Source of the DNA: Eledone cirrhosa
Taxonomy: Eukaryota
Reading direction: 5' to 3'
DNA length: 64,000 nt
Assembly (NCBI GenBank): GCA_964016885.1
Contig: OZ024741.1
Span: 326,678,001 to 326,742,000 of the forward strand
This document shows, in pieces, positions 38,986-54,059 of the stretch (its first letter is position 1; each line of letters opens with the position of its first letter). A program made the position numbers and the translations under genes. The notes under the pieces were generated by a model. The model saw only the letters and a list, made by a program, of their open reading frames with translations, ran no database searches and was not told where the DNA came from.

Positions 38986-41900
38986 TTTCATTTATTAGCC
39001 ACAAGGGCCGACATGTAGGGGACAATACAAAGACAGGGACAGTGGGTGTTTACAATAAAGTCGAGTAAAAGTGCACAATGGCAGGACTAATTTTATAATG
39101 GAGATATAAAAATATAAAATAAACTATGCATAAATATAACAAGATAAATTCCCCTCTAGGAGGTGGATGACCCAGGTGTGACTCAGGTACCTCACCAATC
39201 CTGAACCACCCTGCGCTTCTAGGGCACCCAGGGAGAGCACCCCTCTCCTCAAGTTAGCTAGCCTATAGGCGCATGGTCAGAGTGGGCCCATTCACACGAG
39301 CCATTCTCGCCACATTCATCCACCTGGGGGAGGGGGGACAGCACTTCCCTCTCCACCCTCACCTTCCTTTCCAGATGAAACTTGAAGAAGTTGATGAGAG
39401 ATTGGCCGAAGTGAAACGTCTGTCTTCAGTCCTTTTAATCTGGTCCATCATATAACCTCTTTCGCAACGGCCACCAGATAGAGGAAAATTTTCCCCTCTT
39501 CCTGACCTAAGGAAGGCGGCGGATCCATCTTCACTATGGACTCGGCGATAGCCGGATCCGTTCCACACGCGACAGTAGCTGATCGACATAACTTCGCGGG
39601 TGAGTAATGCACTGACATTGGACAAGTGCGTGCAGCACGGTTTTGTCGCTCTGTGCGTATCTTGGGCACGTCCGTCTGACAACACCTCCGTGCCTGTAGA
39701 GTTTATCCCGAACCGACAGAGCCCCCCCCCCCCGGTAGCACTGCCAAGCAATGGATTTTTGGAAATTGTCCATCGTCCCCGGCTCGAAAGTCCTCCTGTA
39801 CAGACTGGTCAGTTCGACTTCGTCGAGGCCCAAAGCTTCTCCGAGTGCGTCATCGCACTTGCCCGCCACTAATCCTCTATAGAATTCGAGAGTGGAAGTT
39901 CCACTGATCGCATTGCCCGCTTGGTAGAGGGCAGTGAGTGCCTGGCAACATTCCAGGTGCCAGTCATCCAGACTCGGTCTCTTCTTGACCCAGGATTGCA
40001 GCTCAGTCAAAGAAACGAGCTGCGGAAAGGCCCGTCTGATAAACGGCGACCACACTGTTCACCGCTTAGGCAAAATATCTTGAGATGTCACAGCCTCAGC
40101 GCATCTCTGCGCATTATTAGCCACGGCATGCCCAGCCCTCCGTGTAGAGGGTGCTGGCAGCAGATGGACCGCCTCACCAACGGAACTTGTCCTTTCCACA
40201 AGAATTTAAGAGGAGCCGTTCCAACTTGACGAGGCGCGGACCTGGGAAAAGCACGACGGTCAGGCTGTAGTATATGACGGACGCGATGTACGCATTCGCC
40301 AACTCTGCGCGACATTTCAGTGATAGCTTCCTCCCAGCCCATTTTTGGGTGAGACTGGCTACTCTGCTCGTTACCTCGTCCCAATTCTTTTCCACCTAGA
40401 GGTCTGGTCCGAATCAAACCCCGAGCAACTATACCGGTCCGTCCGTCCAGCGCCCCACGACGCTGTTTGACGGCATAGGCTTGCCTCTCCTGGTTCCGAG
40501 CTGCAAGTCCACCGACTTTTCCGGGTTAAGTTTGGCTCCTGTCAACCTTTCATATTCTTTCAATAAGGTGCCGACCACCTCGATTTCTGAGGTGTCCGAC
40601 TTTCCACGTCCCGGTCCGAGTGGGATGCCCTGCAACAGCTCCAGCTTCCGCAGTAAAGGCCCGAGAGTCAATACGTACAGAAGGGAAGATGAGGGCACCC
40701 TTGACGGACCGACCGGGAGAGCAGAAATGGTTCCGAGAGGTGGCCATTAACCCTGACCACCGAGTGTGTGCCGCTGTGCATTGCAGCGATCCAGCTTCTG
40801 AAGACAGGGCCGAAGCCAGGTGCTTTGAGGACAAACTCCAGATACCGATGGTCGACCCTATCGAATGCTTTCGATCGATCTAAATTTTTCAGTGCCCTAC
40901 CGAAGCCAGGTTTACACCCTACCTTTTCTATGATGTATCGCATGAGGTGGAGATTGTCGTGTATGGACCTGGCTGGGATTGCACAAGTTTGCGCCTCCCC
41001 AACCAAATTCTCGACGACAAGCGCCAATCTCTTTGCTAACACTTTGGCCAAAATCTTAAACTCTGTGTTGAGCAGAGTTATGGGCCTGAAGTTGTCTAAT
41101 GTATCCCTCTTGTTCTCGTCTTTCCTTATCAGCGTCACCACTCCCCTGCTCACAGAACTGGTTATACTTCCATTCTGCTGCCAGTTGCAATAGAGTGCTT
41201 CGAGGAGATCGGAAAACAAGTCTTACGTAAACATATAGGGCAGGCCATCCAAACCGGGTAACTTGCGCCTCATGCAGCCGACAAGGGCGTCCTGAATTTC
41301 GGCTGAAGTAATCGGCATTTCGCAGCCCTCAGCCTCGACCGTCGAGATGCGCGGCAAGCCGTCGAGTTAGGGACTCAAATCCGCTACTCTCTCTGACTCG
41401 CCACTCTCCCCGAACAACCGACCAAAGTGCTGGCGAAAGGTCTCACACATCCACTTGGAATCGCTTATCTCGTGTCCGTCACGGTACGCCAAAGACCGAA
41501 TTGTGGTTTTATTACCACGGTGCGTCTCCGCCACGCGGGCCCACCGATCAGCTTTGGTTCTCTCGTTTCTCAGCGCACGCGCCTTAGCTCTGACAATGCA
41601 ACCTTCGTGTTTCGCATTGAAGAAATGGTCTAACGCCATTCTCGCCGCTAGCACGTCAGTTGCAATTCCACAACAAATAGCCTCGGTTACTTATCTACCA
41701 GCTCTCCCTCTTTTCTATTTTTCTCTAACGCTAGTTCTTTGCTGAACTCTCTTTTGAGAGCCTCCTTACCATATGTGTTGGTGATCTCCCTTGTCAACTT
41801 TTGCTTAACTAGATTGTTGACTCGGTCCCTGTAAGCCTTACGTGCCGGAAAGACATGTTCAGCTTTCAGTAACCCGGTCCCAACCTACGCGTTTTATCTC

Positions 41901-44828
41901 GGTCGACCATACAGATCACAAATTTGTGATCTGAATAGGCGACCGTTTTAAAAATGGGCAGCCTACAATATTTCTATCTATTTTCCTATTGAAGATGCTG
42001 TCTATATACGATCTAGATGATCCTATGCGGTTGGTCCACGGCCACACAGGTGCATTGGGGAAATCTAATCGATGCCCTGTCAGACAGTTGGAACTGGCTG
42101 ATTAGGTGTTTGAGGCTTTTGAACCCCCGCTCCTATCAGCTACTCCCACACAATCCCAGCGTCCGTTAAGATGCCGTTCCAGTCCACCGCTAACAGTAGA
42201 GGGCGATACGTACCCAGAAAGGTTTCCAGGCGCCTAAAGAAGTCCGGTCGTCTGGCCCCAGTAAGGACGTAGACGGCCAGCAGTCTAAAGGCACCACCTT
42301 CGCTACTGCTCACATCCAGGACCACCAACTTCCCGTCAGGGTCCCGAAAGATCGACCTTACCTTGAGATCCAGACCTTTCCTAAACAGCACTGCCACCCC
42401 ACCTCCCATTCCTTGCCTGCTAACATATGCGAATATCTGATAGTCGTCGAAAATGGGGACTAGTGCGCGCGTGTCGGAAATCCTAGTCTCGCTGACGGCA
42501 ATCACATCCATTTCCAGAGACCTGAGGTCGTTGAGTAGGCGACCCTGCTTCCAGGTTGACTCCATGCCGTGAACATTTAAACTTCCTACTCTTAATATGG
42601 CCATGTTGGCAAGCTAAAAGAGAGAGGGAAGATTTACTTACCTCTCGGGGTCTTGTGAAGGTCGGGTGGTTCGACCTTCATGTTTATTGGGGTTTATTTG
42701 GGGAACCTCTTTAAAAGTCTTGATGTGGGTTTCACGTTCGGGGGTCTCACGTCTTGAAGAAAGCTCTCTCGAATTTCTTTGTAGGAATTGAGTAACATTC
42801 GCACCAGAAGAAAATCTTCTGGCACGCAAAATGTGTTCAATTCTAAGTTCTCCCCCCCTGTTTGGATGTCCTCGTTTCGTGCTAAGAGGGCCATCAATTT
42901 ATCGTTGGCCCTTCTGACAAGCACGAAGTTTTTAATGTTTTGTTTGTGTGGTTATATTTGTTTTCGTTTTGGTGACTGTGGTGGTGATGGTTTTGGTGGT
43001 GTTGTTTCGGGTATGTCTGTGTTTGTTGTAGGTGTGGTGTCTGCAATTTCAGGTGTCTGTGTGTTTATTTCTTCTTGTGATTGTTTAGGTTGTTTGCGTT
43101 TCGGGGATTCTGTGGGGTGGTGTTGATGTTGATGTTGGAGTTATTGGGGAAGTGTTTGCGTTAGTCGTGTCTGTATTTTTGTTGTGTACGTTTTTGCGTT
43201 TTGTTGGGGCTTTTTCTCGGTGATTTTTCTCTTTAGATTTTTGGCACTTTTTGGTTTTCCTTCATCTTCACTGCTGGAAGACAAAGGGTCGGTAGCTGTG
43301 AGTGTATATGTGTCTGTCTGTGCATTTATTGTTTGTCTATGTGTATAATTGGAGTGGTAGGGAGAGCTTTCCTCGTTTTTCCCTTGGATTGGTTTCGGTG
43401 CTGGTGGTGGTCCGACTGTTTTTGATGTTGGTGGGGTTACCCGTCTCATTGTTGGTGTTGTTTTGGGTGGTGGTAGTGGTGCAGCATTCCGTGCTGACAC
43501 TGGTGTTGGCAACGAAGGAGGTTTGCGACCCTGCATTTTTGAGCTGAGGGCAGAAGGCTTGCAAATTCGTTGCTTCCCCGCAGACGAAGCAGTGCGGCCG
43601 TCATCCCTCAGCGATTAATTGGATTGTTGTCCCGTCCTGCAGGCGAGCAAAATCCGGTATGTCGTTGATGTCCTCTCTGGGTTTATTTGGAGAGAAATCT
43701 CCAAATCCATTCCGGACCAGTCTTCTCTATCTTCCCTTTTGATATCCAGGAGGGTAGTGTCTGACCCTCCTGGATTACGCATCCCAGGAGCCACCATATG
43801 TTCATTCCTGGTGGGATCCTGGGAATGCGGACCTTTACTGTCCTTTTGCCCATGTAGGACGGGTGCATGATAATGCGTTCCGTTCTGCAGGGGGTCACCG
43901 AGTGCTTAATAGCAAGGGCCTCGGTTTTGAACAGTACCGAGATGGTACCAAACTGCTTGGCCCTTCCTTTATACTCTATGTCACTTCCGATGCACTTCAA
44001 AGTAGCCTCAACCTCTGCTTGGCTGGCAAGTTCCACTGTGCGTGTCTGCACTGAAATGCATCGAAAGTACACCCTCCTCCTTTACATGGCCGTTATTGCC
44101 CCGTCTGGGATGGTCAGGTTTGCTAGGACATCTCCCATTTAATTAACCTCCACGCCTGGGCCAACTGTTCGTCTTTATCGCTAATCTCAACATTCAATTA
44201 GCGCTTTGTTTTCGCTGCTGCCACTGCAAAGGTGGTGCCTCTGTTGCTCTTCTTGTTGGTGTTATCGTTCTTGCGGTTGTTGTTGGTGTTGCTGTTGTTG
44301 TTTTGTTTGTTGTTGCTGTTGCCACCGCCAACCGTGTTTATATTGAGGCTGTCGCTGTTATTGTCGTTGTTGTTCTGAGTTGTTGTTGTTGCTGTTGTGG
44401 TGGGGGTGGTGATGTCGTTTTGAGATGATACTGCTACTATCACAGAAGGGAGCGGTTGTGATGGTAACTTTTGTGTTTTGCCTTCAAATTCAGTGGAATG
44501 GTCGACAGGCATGTCTGTAGTAGTAGTAGTTGTGGTGTATCTACAGTGGCTGTTTTTGAACTTTTGACCTGAACGTTGTTTACCGTTTCAAGGTCGAAAA
44601 TTTCCATATTTCTTTTTTGGTGAGGAAGCGATTTTTCGAAGTTTTTAAAAATAAATCTGAATGTTCGGGCTTAAAGCCCGAATATTGAGAGGTCTCCCCC
44701 TAGGAGCCAAGGTGTATACCTTATGCTTCATTAACCACAAGAAAATACAAAAAAATGATACTTTAAAACAGCTTAAAGTTACGAAGCTTTCCCCCCGAAG
44801 ACTTGTACGTCTTCATACATGTGCGTCC
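38984..44828 (-). mobile_element. Tx1-type retrotransposon, copy E (divergent family, more decayed)
   Basis: (AAT)n flanks. ORF1 about 44607-42638 (TFAVAAAK, CFVCGEA..LQAFC); ORF2 from ATG 42604 MAILRVGSLNVHG; 3' end ggcccttgtggctaataaatgaaatc. Confidence 0.93.
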
Positions 44829-44832
44829 AATA

Positions 44833-44863
<31 letters not shown>

Positions 44864-44865
<2 letters not shown>

Positions 44866-45015
44866 TAGTCCAGTCCCGCTTCAAAAGGCATGCTTTCTGG
44901 GAACAGCAAAAACCCTCCGATACTTCCTGAATATTTGAGGCTGCAGGTAGCGGCTTGATATTCATTTCAACAAATTTTCCAGTTAAATAACATCAATGAC
45001 TGAGACTCAAAGAAC
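44864..45015 (+). mobile_element. 5'-truncated R4/Dong-like 3' end
   Basis: ISPVPLQKACFLGTAKTLRYFLNI* (44864-44938), short 3'UTR, (AAT)n on both sides. Confidence 0.75.
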
Positions 45016-45057
<42 letters not shown>

Positions 45058-45094
45058 CGGGGACTATTAATATTCCTAGATCAAATCTCTTATT

Positions 45095-45205
45095 TCATCA
45101 TTCCAGAGTCGATAAAATAAAGTACCTATCAATTAGCATTGATTTAATCAGCTTTGTCGTCCCCTAAAATATACTGACCTTGTGCTTAAGTCGGAAATCA
45201 ATTAT
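45095..45205 (+). mobile_element. Meta-like SINE fragment
   Basis: ttcatcattccagagtcgataaaataaagtacc..gaccttgtgcttaagtcggaaatcaatta. Confidence 0.6.
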
Positions 45206-45265
45206 AACAAACTCTTGAAAGAGAGAGATAGGGGAATGGAAAGAGGTAGAAAGTGGAAAAAAGTG

Positions 45266-45329
<64 letters not shown>

Positions 45330-45331
<2 letters not shown>

Positions 45332-48125
45332 CGTTGACAAATATATCAATATGCCTCTACATATAGATATATTGCCCTTGGTATGACAGTGTGGTTTTAG
45401 CTCAACGTAGGATAACTAATATATTACAGAGCCGTTATAATTATAGGAATAACCAAAGAGTGCTTAGAAATACATTGTTTTGTTAGCTATCAGTGTTTCA
45501 TCCTTACACAATGGCAGGAATCTTCAGAGCTTATAAACATGGTATATCAGTAGTTGCATTCTCCATCGAGCTGCGTCACCAGAACAAGGTTAAATGACCA
45601 GCAAGGGGGTCCAGATACTAGCGCTATATGGAAAAAGACATACTACATGATGCAGATAGTGTCAGAAAATTTCTTTAAAATTTCAAAAATTAAAAATTAA
45701 AAATTAAAAGTTACACCAAAACTGTATCACTTATATGGTGCAATAGATGATAAAGAGGTTGGGAAAGGGTAGCAAGGGATGATAGACTTAAGAATACTAC
45801 ATTCCTAGCGAGTTACATATCCCTCCTGAAGAACACTGATATTCAATACACGCTTGGCAGGAGAATAATCACTAAATCATCACAGTATAGACCCCCTAAC
45901 ATAATCTGTGACCTTTGTCTCTCTGAATCACACGCCATAATACAATCTAAACTGAACCTGCTAAATAGGAAGTCGGAGATATTCTCTTCTTGCCCGCACA
46001 TAAATCTTAGCTCCTTCTATTATTTTAAACCAATTAGCTAACGATGTAGGACCTGCATACATCCGTCCTGTCGGGCCACGTAAAACCACGCCGCACTGCA
46101 TCCTGGCTTTGTGATGATAACTGCCCCTCAGGTGCATATAGACTACTCTAATACATCTTCTCCTCTCCCCCTCTCTTGTTCTTCGCCCTCTCTTCCTAGA
46201 TACTCTTATTGGACCACAGGCCAAGAGCCCTGGGGTGGAATCCACGTAAGTCCTCTCGCTATACCTAGCACAGCATGACCCTATATATGCGCTTACCCAC
46301 ACTAACCATGTTGGTATGTTTTTAAACACACCCATTGTGCGTTAACTAATAGCACAGCACTATAGTCTTTCGAAAGCCCCGAAAACCCCGCCGCAGCTAT
46401 AAAGCGGGTGAATTGTGTATTCGGGTATAGTTAACCTTAACCCTAGAGTATGTAATAGATCTAACCTAGTATAGTGAACTATGGTAGCAAGTCGTGTGGG
46501 CTGGATGCCGCCAAATCGACCTAGCCCTAGGGGGAAGGGGAGGTTGATTACCGAGGGCTTCGAACCAAACAAAAAACCCGCCCCTAGCACCCCGTTGGAT
46601 ATCAAATGAATCCGTCCTTTTTGACGCGAATTGCCTCCCATACCTTTCATACGTAAACTACGACTTCCTGTGTTTATATTCAGAATACTGCCGTGTGTCA
46701 ATGGCGTGATACGAATCTTTGAAACTTGGAGTTAGTTCTACGAGAATTCTGTTCCAGCTTTGATAAACTATTGAACCACACTCAAGGCAACGTGCAGCAC
46801 TGGGTATTGAACTCCCTCTGACCAGGAGGAGTCACACCCGACTGTGAATGAATTGCACACTTCGGAATTAATAATCTAAATGAAAACCACGTGGCGGAAA
46901 TATAAATAACTTGGCTATAATAAAGGGATTTGATTGTGAGTTGTCCCTTCTATATATATATATCCTACAGAAACTTGCACTCAACATAATAAACCCGCCT
47001 ATTATTATAACAATATATGCTCATTCTGCCATATGTGATTCTGGAAGCTGAGTTTGCTGTGTGCACTTTTATCTGTGTGTGACTGGATTGGCATCACGGT
47101 TTGTATTTGCTGTGGTACAGTTCTATGCGGTGCGATACATTGGCTGAACACCAACTTGGACATACATCGAATTTCACCTGGCACGTTGGATTAAGAGACG
47201 GAATGTTTTCCATTTCCTCACACCTGTGTCGGCTGTATATGTGCCATACATTTCTTTAACTCGTCGTACCTTCTTTCTCTTATTTTATTTTTTTGTTGCA
47301 GATTTTAGGTGTATATCCCAGACCGCATATGGTGATAAGTCCCCTGCCTCTAGGTTTTGAAAAATAATGTTATGTCAATTGGAGTTCTGAACTGGAACAT
47401 ATCGATGTGGTTCGTAGGGTGCGGATATGATAAGGAGAATCGACCTATTACAGGGCGATTTACTTGGAGTACACCATCACCTATATGGACTATTATACAT
47501 GTAAGGCTGCATTACTGCTAACCAACAACTCTTTTCACAGACTCATGCTTGCAAACTCTCTTGATCTGCCTGTACATCCCCCTATGCACTGCTTGTGCTT
47601 AGATGCATCCATGCTTTTTGTTCATTAATTGTTTTGTATTTTTGTATTTATCTCTCTTCTTATCCCTGTAATTTTGTACCTTTTTATTGTCTTTTTGTTA
47701 TTTTCCTGTATTTTCTTGTATTTTCTGATTGTTTCTGATCATGCTGAGTAATACCCTCAATCATCCCTTGCTACCCTTTCCCAACCTCTTTATCATCTAT
47801 TGCACCATATAAGTGATACATTTTTGGTGTAACTTGTAATTTTTAATTTTTAATTTTTGAAATTGTGCATTGTGTGCATCATGTATTATGTCATCATGTA
47901 TTATGTGCACTATGTGCATCATGTATTATGTCTTTTTCCATATAGCGCTAGCATCTGGACCCCACTGCTGGTCATTTAACCTTGTTCTGGTGACGCAGCT
48001 CGATGGAGCATGCAACTACTGATATACTCATGTTTATAAGCTATGAAGATTCCTGCCATAGTGTAAGGATGAAACACTGTTAGCTAATAAAACTATGTAT
48101 TTAAAAGCAATCTTTGGTTATTCCT

Positions 48126-48130
<5 letters not shown>
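45330..48130 (+). mobile_element. 5'-truncated Naiad-like PLE with inverted 5' copy of its 3' terminus
   Basis: 45787-46041 (no start codon, so not in ORF track) reads ..LASYISLLK..YRPPNIICDLCLSESHAII..LLNRKSEIFSSCPH..*. About 2.1 kb 3'UTR; 45440-45783 is the inverse of 47759-48130; hammerhead motifs at 45485-45531 (-) and 48039-48085 (+); (TA)n on both flanks. Confidence 0.88.
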
Positions 48131-48212
<82 letters not shown>

Positions 48213-49659
48213 TAGTAGTAGTAGCAGAAATAAAAAAAAAGTCTGAGCGAGAAAGAAATGGACAGTATAAGAAAGTGTGTAAAAGAAAGAGAACAAAGCT
48301 GGAAGTTTTTTTTTTCAGTTTGCTACACAAGTCCGATGAGCAGATTGATGCAAGAGTCGGGTCTATAACACAAATAGGGATCTTGAGAAATCATCTGTGA
48401 ATGGTACGTTACTAGTCGATACCTAATAAAAAACACTAATGTCAAACATAGACCTGTTATATTTCATTCATACCCTGTGTCTTACTATTGAGTACGACCT
48501 ATTTTGGTACCACCTTCACTAAAACACAAAATCCATGAAAATATTGAGTAAACCAATGTATATATACACACACAATGGTATATTGTCATGGTTGATAAAT
48601 GGTTCTGGAGGAAAATATTATTTTAGAGCGTCGTGTTGTGTTAGAGTGATTAAAGCTTCAACAATTTAATATTAACTATTTTTCTGTATTTGGTTATATT
48701 GTAAAGTTGGCAAATTAGTAGAATCTTTAGCATGACGGATATATTTTATTCGTTTTAGAATCTGTACCCCGAGATGAACTTTCTACTGAAACCAATACTG
48801 TTTCTGTCATCATTTTTTTCTCTCTTATTCTTTGCTCCCCATCTTCTTCCTTCCTCCCCTTCGTCCTTCTATTCCTTCTCTTTCTTCTCTCTGCCTTTCA
48901 CTTTCTCTCTGGAAGAAATTAGTTGTGTTAAAAACTGGATTGGGAGTTATATTAGCTCTATTACGTCTAAAAATGCCGAAGACACATCGTATATTTCAAA
49001 GTCGAAAAATGTGTTGCATATTACAATACATTTCTGGAGAGCTAAGAAATTACTAATTAGTAATATACTCTATGGACACCATAAGAGCAAGTATCTGTAC
49101 AGGCACAAGTAGTTTCAATCTGTTGACCTTCTGAACGCCATACTGGCTCATGATGGTAGGCTACGCAAGTACTCATTGTAAAAATATGGCAACAGAAGAG
49201 TACAGATGGTTATATATATCTAAAGACATTCCATCATATTTTTATGTAAACCAGCTCAATAAGAAGACAGTTAGTTATATTATTCAATCCAGTAAATGTC
49301 CCGGTTGTTTTGTGAATTATGTTAAACTCCCTAGTAGTGACATTCATTAGAAGCGTTTAAATATTTATATTTCTTTAGAAAAAAATTTCAATCTTAATTT
49401 CATGTAAGAATCTGTTAAACTATATTCCAAACATCAGCTTAATAGTTTTCGATTATTTTCACACTCATTTGAAGACCTTAGGCAGCATCTTTCATTAGAA
49501 ATATGGTAACGAAAGCTGTGATAAATATTAATAGATATATTGTCGATTATGTCAAGATTCACAATGTATTTCATTAATTTATTCAAACGAAACGCAACAT
49601 ATTCAGTACTTCTATTTTCATATTATATTATCTGTCTTTGGACACCATGCTTTGAAGCA

Positions 49660-49800
49660 TAGAGTTACGTCCCTTTATGATCTGAGTTCAAATCCCGCCG
49701 AGGTTAACTTTGCCTTTCATCCTTACGGGGTCGATTAAATAAAGTACCAGTAATGTACTGGATAATTGCTGGCCTTGTGCCTAAAGTAGAAACAATTATC
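49660..49800 (+). mobile_element. Meta-domain-like tRNA SINE
   Basis: gagttcaaatcccgccgagg..gcctttcatccttacggggtcgattaaataaagtaccag..ggccttgtgcctaaagtagaaacaattat. Confidence 0.8.
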
Positions 49801-50053
49801 TGTCTTTTCATTATGAATTTTTTTCCTTAATTTCTCTTTCATCTCTCCCCCAAGACTTCCTCCATAATTATTATTTCATTTAATAAATACTACAGTATCT
49901 AACCTTATTTAACCATTCATGGTAGTTCTATGTCTATTCTTCCCTAAAAATACTTATGATATTCTTTTGGAACAACAGTAGAAAATATCTCATACTTTTA
50001 TCTACTGCATTACACACCCCAAACGACGCGCTCCATCTATTTCCCCATACTAT

Positions 50054-50210
<157 letters not shown>

Positions 50211-51134
50211 TTATTTATATATATTTTTATATAAAATATATACTAATATGTGCATATATTTCTCTATGTATCATCGTAAAAGTACAACATAAAAAAGTTG
50301 ATAATAAAGTTTGGAATTCAGCCAGCTGAATTAAGTAGTTTGTAAGAAATAGGAAGACATAAATGATTATTACAATGCATTCTCTATACCACCGAAGTCC
50401 GAACATTTTTTTATTTTGTTCTTATCAAAACTTTTCTTTGATTCTTTGTTGCTAACATTCTATTTTTATGTTGTACAATACTATGGAATATTAATAAGTT
50501 AAAGAGAAGACATGGCAAAATAGAGAATACTAAATATAATGCCTCTGGCTAAACATCTCTTAGAAAAATGTATATCACTGTTCTTTTTACTTGTTTCTTA
50601 TGTTTTCCTACACAAATACATTTATCACTATCATACAACTTTACAACGCTCCGAGACACAGGAGCTAAACACCTGTTGATGGTGTGTCAATGTTACATTT
50701 TCGATATGTGCACGAAGACTATAACATTTGTAGATAATGGTTTTTAATTTAATAACAAGAGAAGATGCTGGATAGTCAAAGTTCGTAGAACTTCGGATAA
50801 AATACCAGCCTTGTGTTTTTTCACGCTCTTTATATTACGAGTTCGAATCTATTAAACGTCACCTATGATTTTCCTCTTGCCCGATTGTGGTGTCTATCAC
50901 ACCTTTCCCCTTTTTCCTTTATTTCGTTGCTTAACAATCGTTACCCTTTCCCCTCTTTCGTCGTTTTATTTTTGTTTTTGTTTTTTATCAACTACTCCTA
51001 TCAACATTAAAACGGTTTTATCGTTAAATTAGTACAGTTTTATATTTAACTAACTTTGCGCTTCCTTAAAATTTGGTAATCTAGTGCATAACTTAGAAAT
51101 TTAATCAATACAAGAAATGTTTGATGCAATGCGA

Positions 51135-51245
51135 AAGTCAATCAAATCGACGCCACTTCTTACATGGTACTTTATTTAATTGAACTCGGAAGGATGAAAG
51201 GCAAAGTTGACATCGGAAGGATTGGAACCGAGAATGTGAAGACCC
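51135..51245 (-). mobile_element. Meta-like SINE fragment
   Basis: Minus strand ctttgcctttcatccttccgagttcaattaaataaagtacc. Confidence 0.65.
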
Positions 51246-51359
51246 AGAATAAATAGCGAAAAGTATCTAACCTTACAATTTAATGATCTTGCGATCTACA
51301 ACATTTAATTTTGAAATTATGTCTCTTGACATAAAATAAATAAAAAACTTCTGTATACT

Positions 51360-51403
<44 letters not shown>

Positions 51404-51518
51404 TATATATATATATGTGTGTGTGTATGTATATCTATATATATGTATATATCTATATATAGATGTGTATGTATATATATATATATATATTATTGGCAAC
51501 ATGACCCTCCCAAAGTAA

Positions 51519-51601
<83 letters not shown>

Positions 51602-51649
51602 CATATATATATATATTTATATACATATATATATATATTTATATACATA

Positions 51650-51683
<34 letters not shown>

Positions 51684-51684
51684 C

Positions 51685-51715
<31 letters not shown>

Positions 51716-51730
51716 CATATATATATATTC

Positions 51731-51762
<32 letters not shown>

Positions 51763-52099
51763 TTATATATATATACATATATATATAGAGAGAGAGAAAA
51801 TTGAGGTTGGTAATGGCACATGGAATATATAAGAGACAGAATACTTTTTTGTGAAAAAACATATAATTTTATAAGGTAAGGAAATAATAAAGGGTATAAA
51901 AAATGACCGGTTTCGATGGGTCTGCAAAAGCCATCTTTGCAAATGTTGATTAATATTAAGAAAATTAATAATAAGAAGAGTTAAAATTTGAGAATTGAAA
52001 ATTCAATTATAAAATTCAGTGTGGGATTTCATAGTAGTTTTCATCTTGGTAGCAGCAAGTTGACTGCTGTGTGCGTTTCTGGTAGTGAATGAGGAGTTA

Positions 52100-54058
<1,959 letters not shown>

Positions 54059-54059
54059 T

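Noticed and set aside
45330-48130. Inverted ends read as DNA-transposon TIRs or MITEs (also 11982, 22295, 59041)
   Set aside because: Arms are asymmetric, carry hammerheads and, here, flank a GIY-YIG remnant; this fits Penelope-type inversion
48320-48403. Apparent + strand exon (tttttcag .. atg|gtacgt)
   Set aside because: Stops in all three frames; no other support
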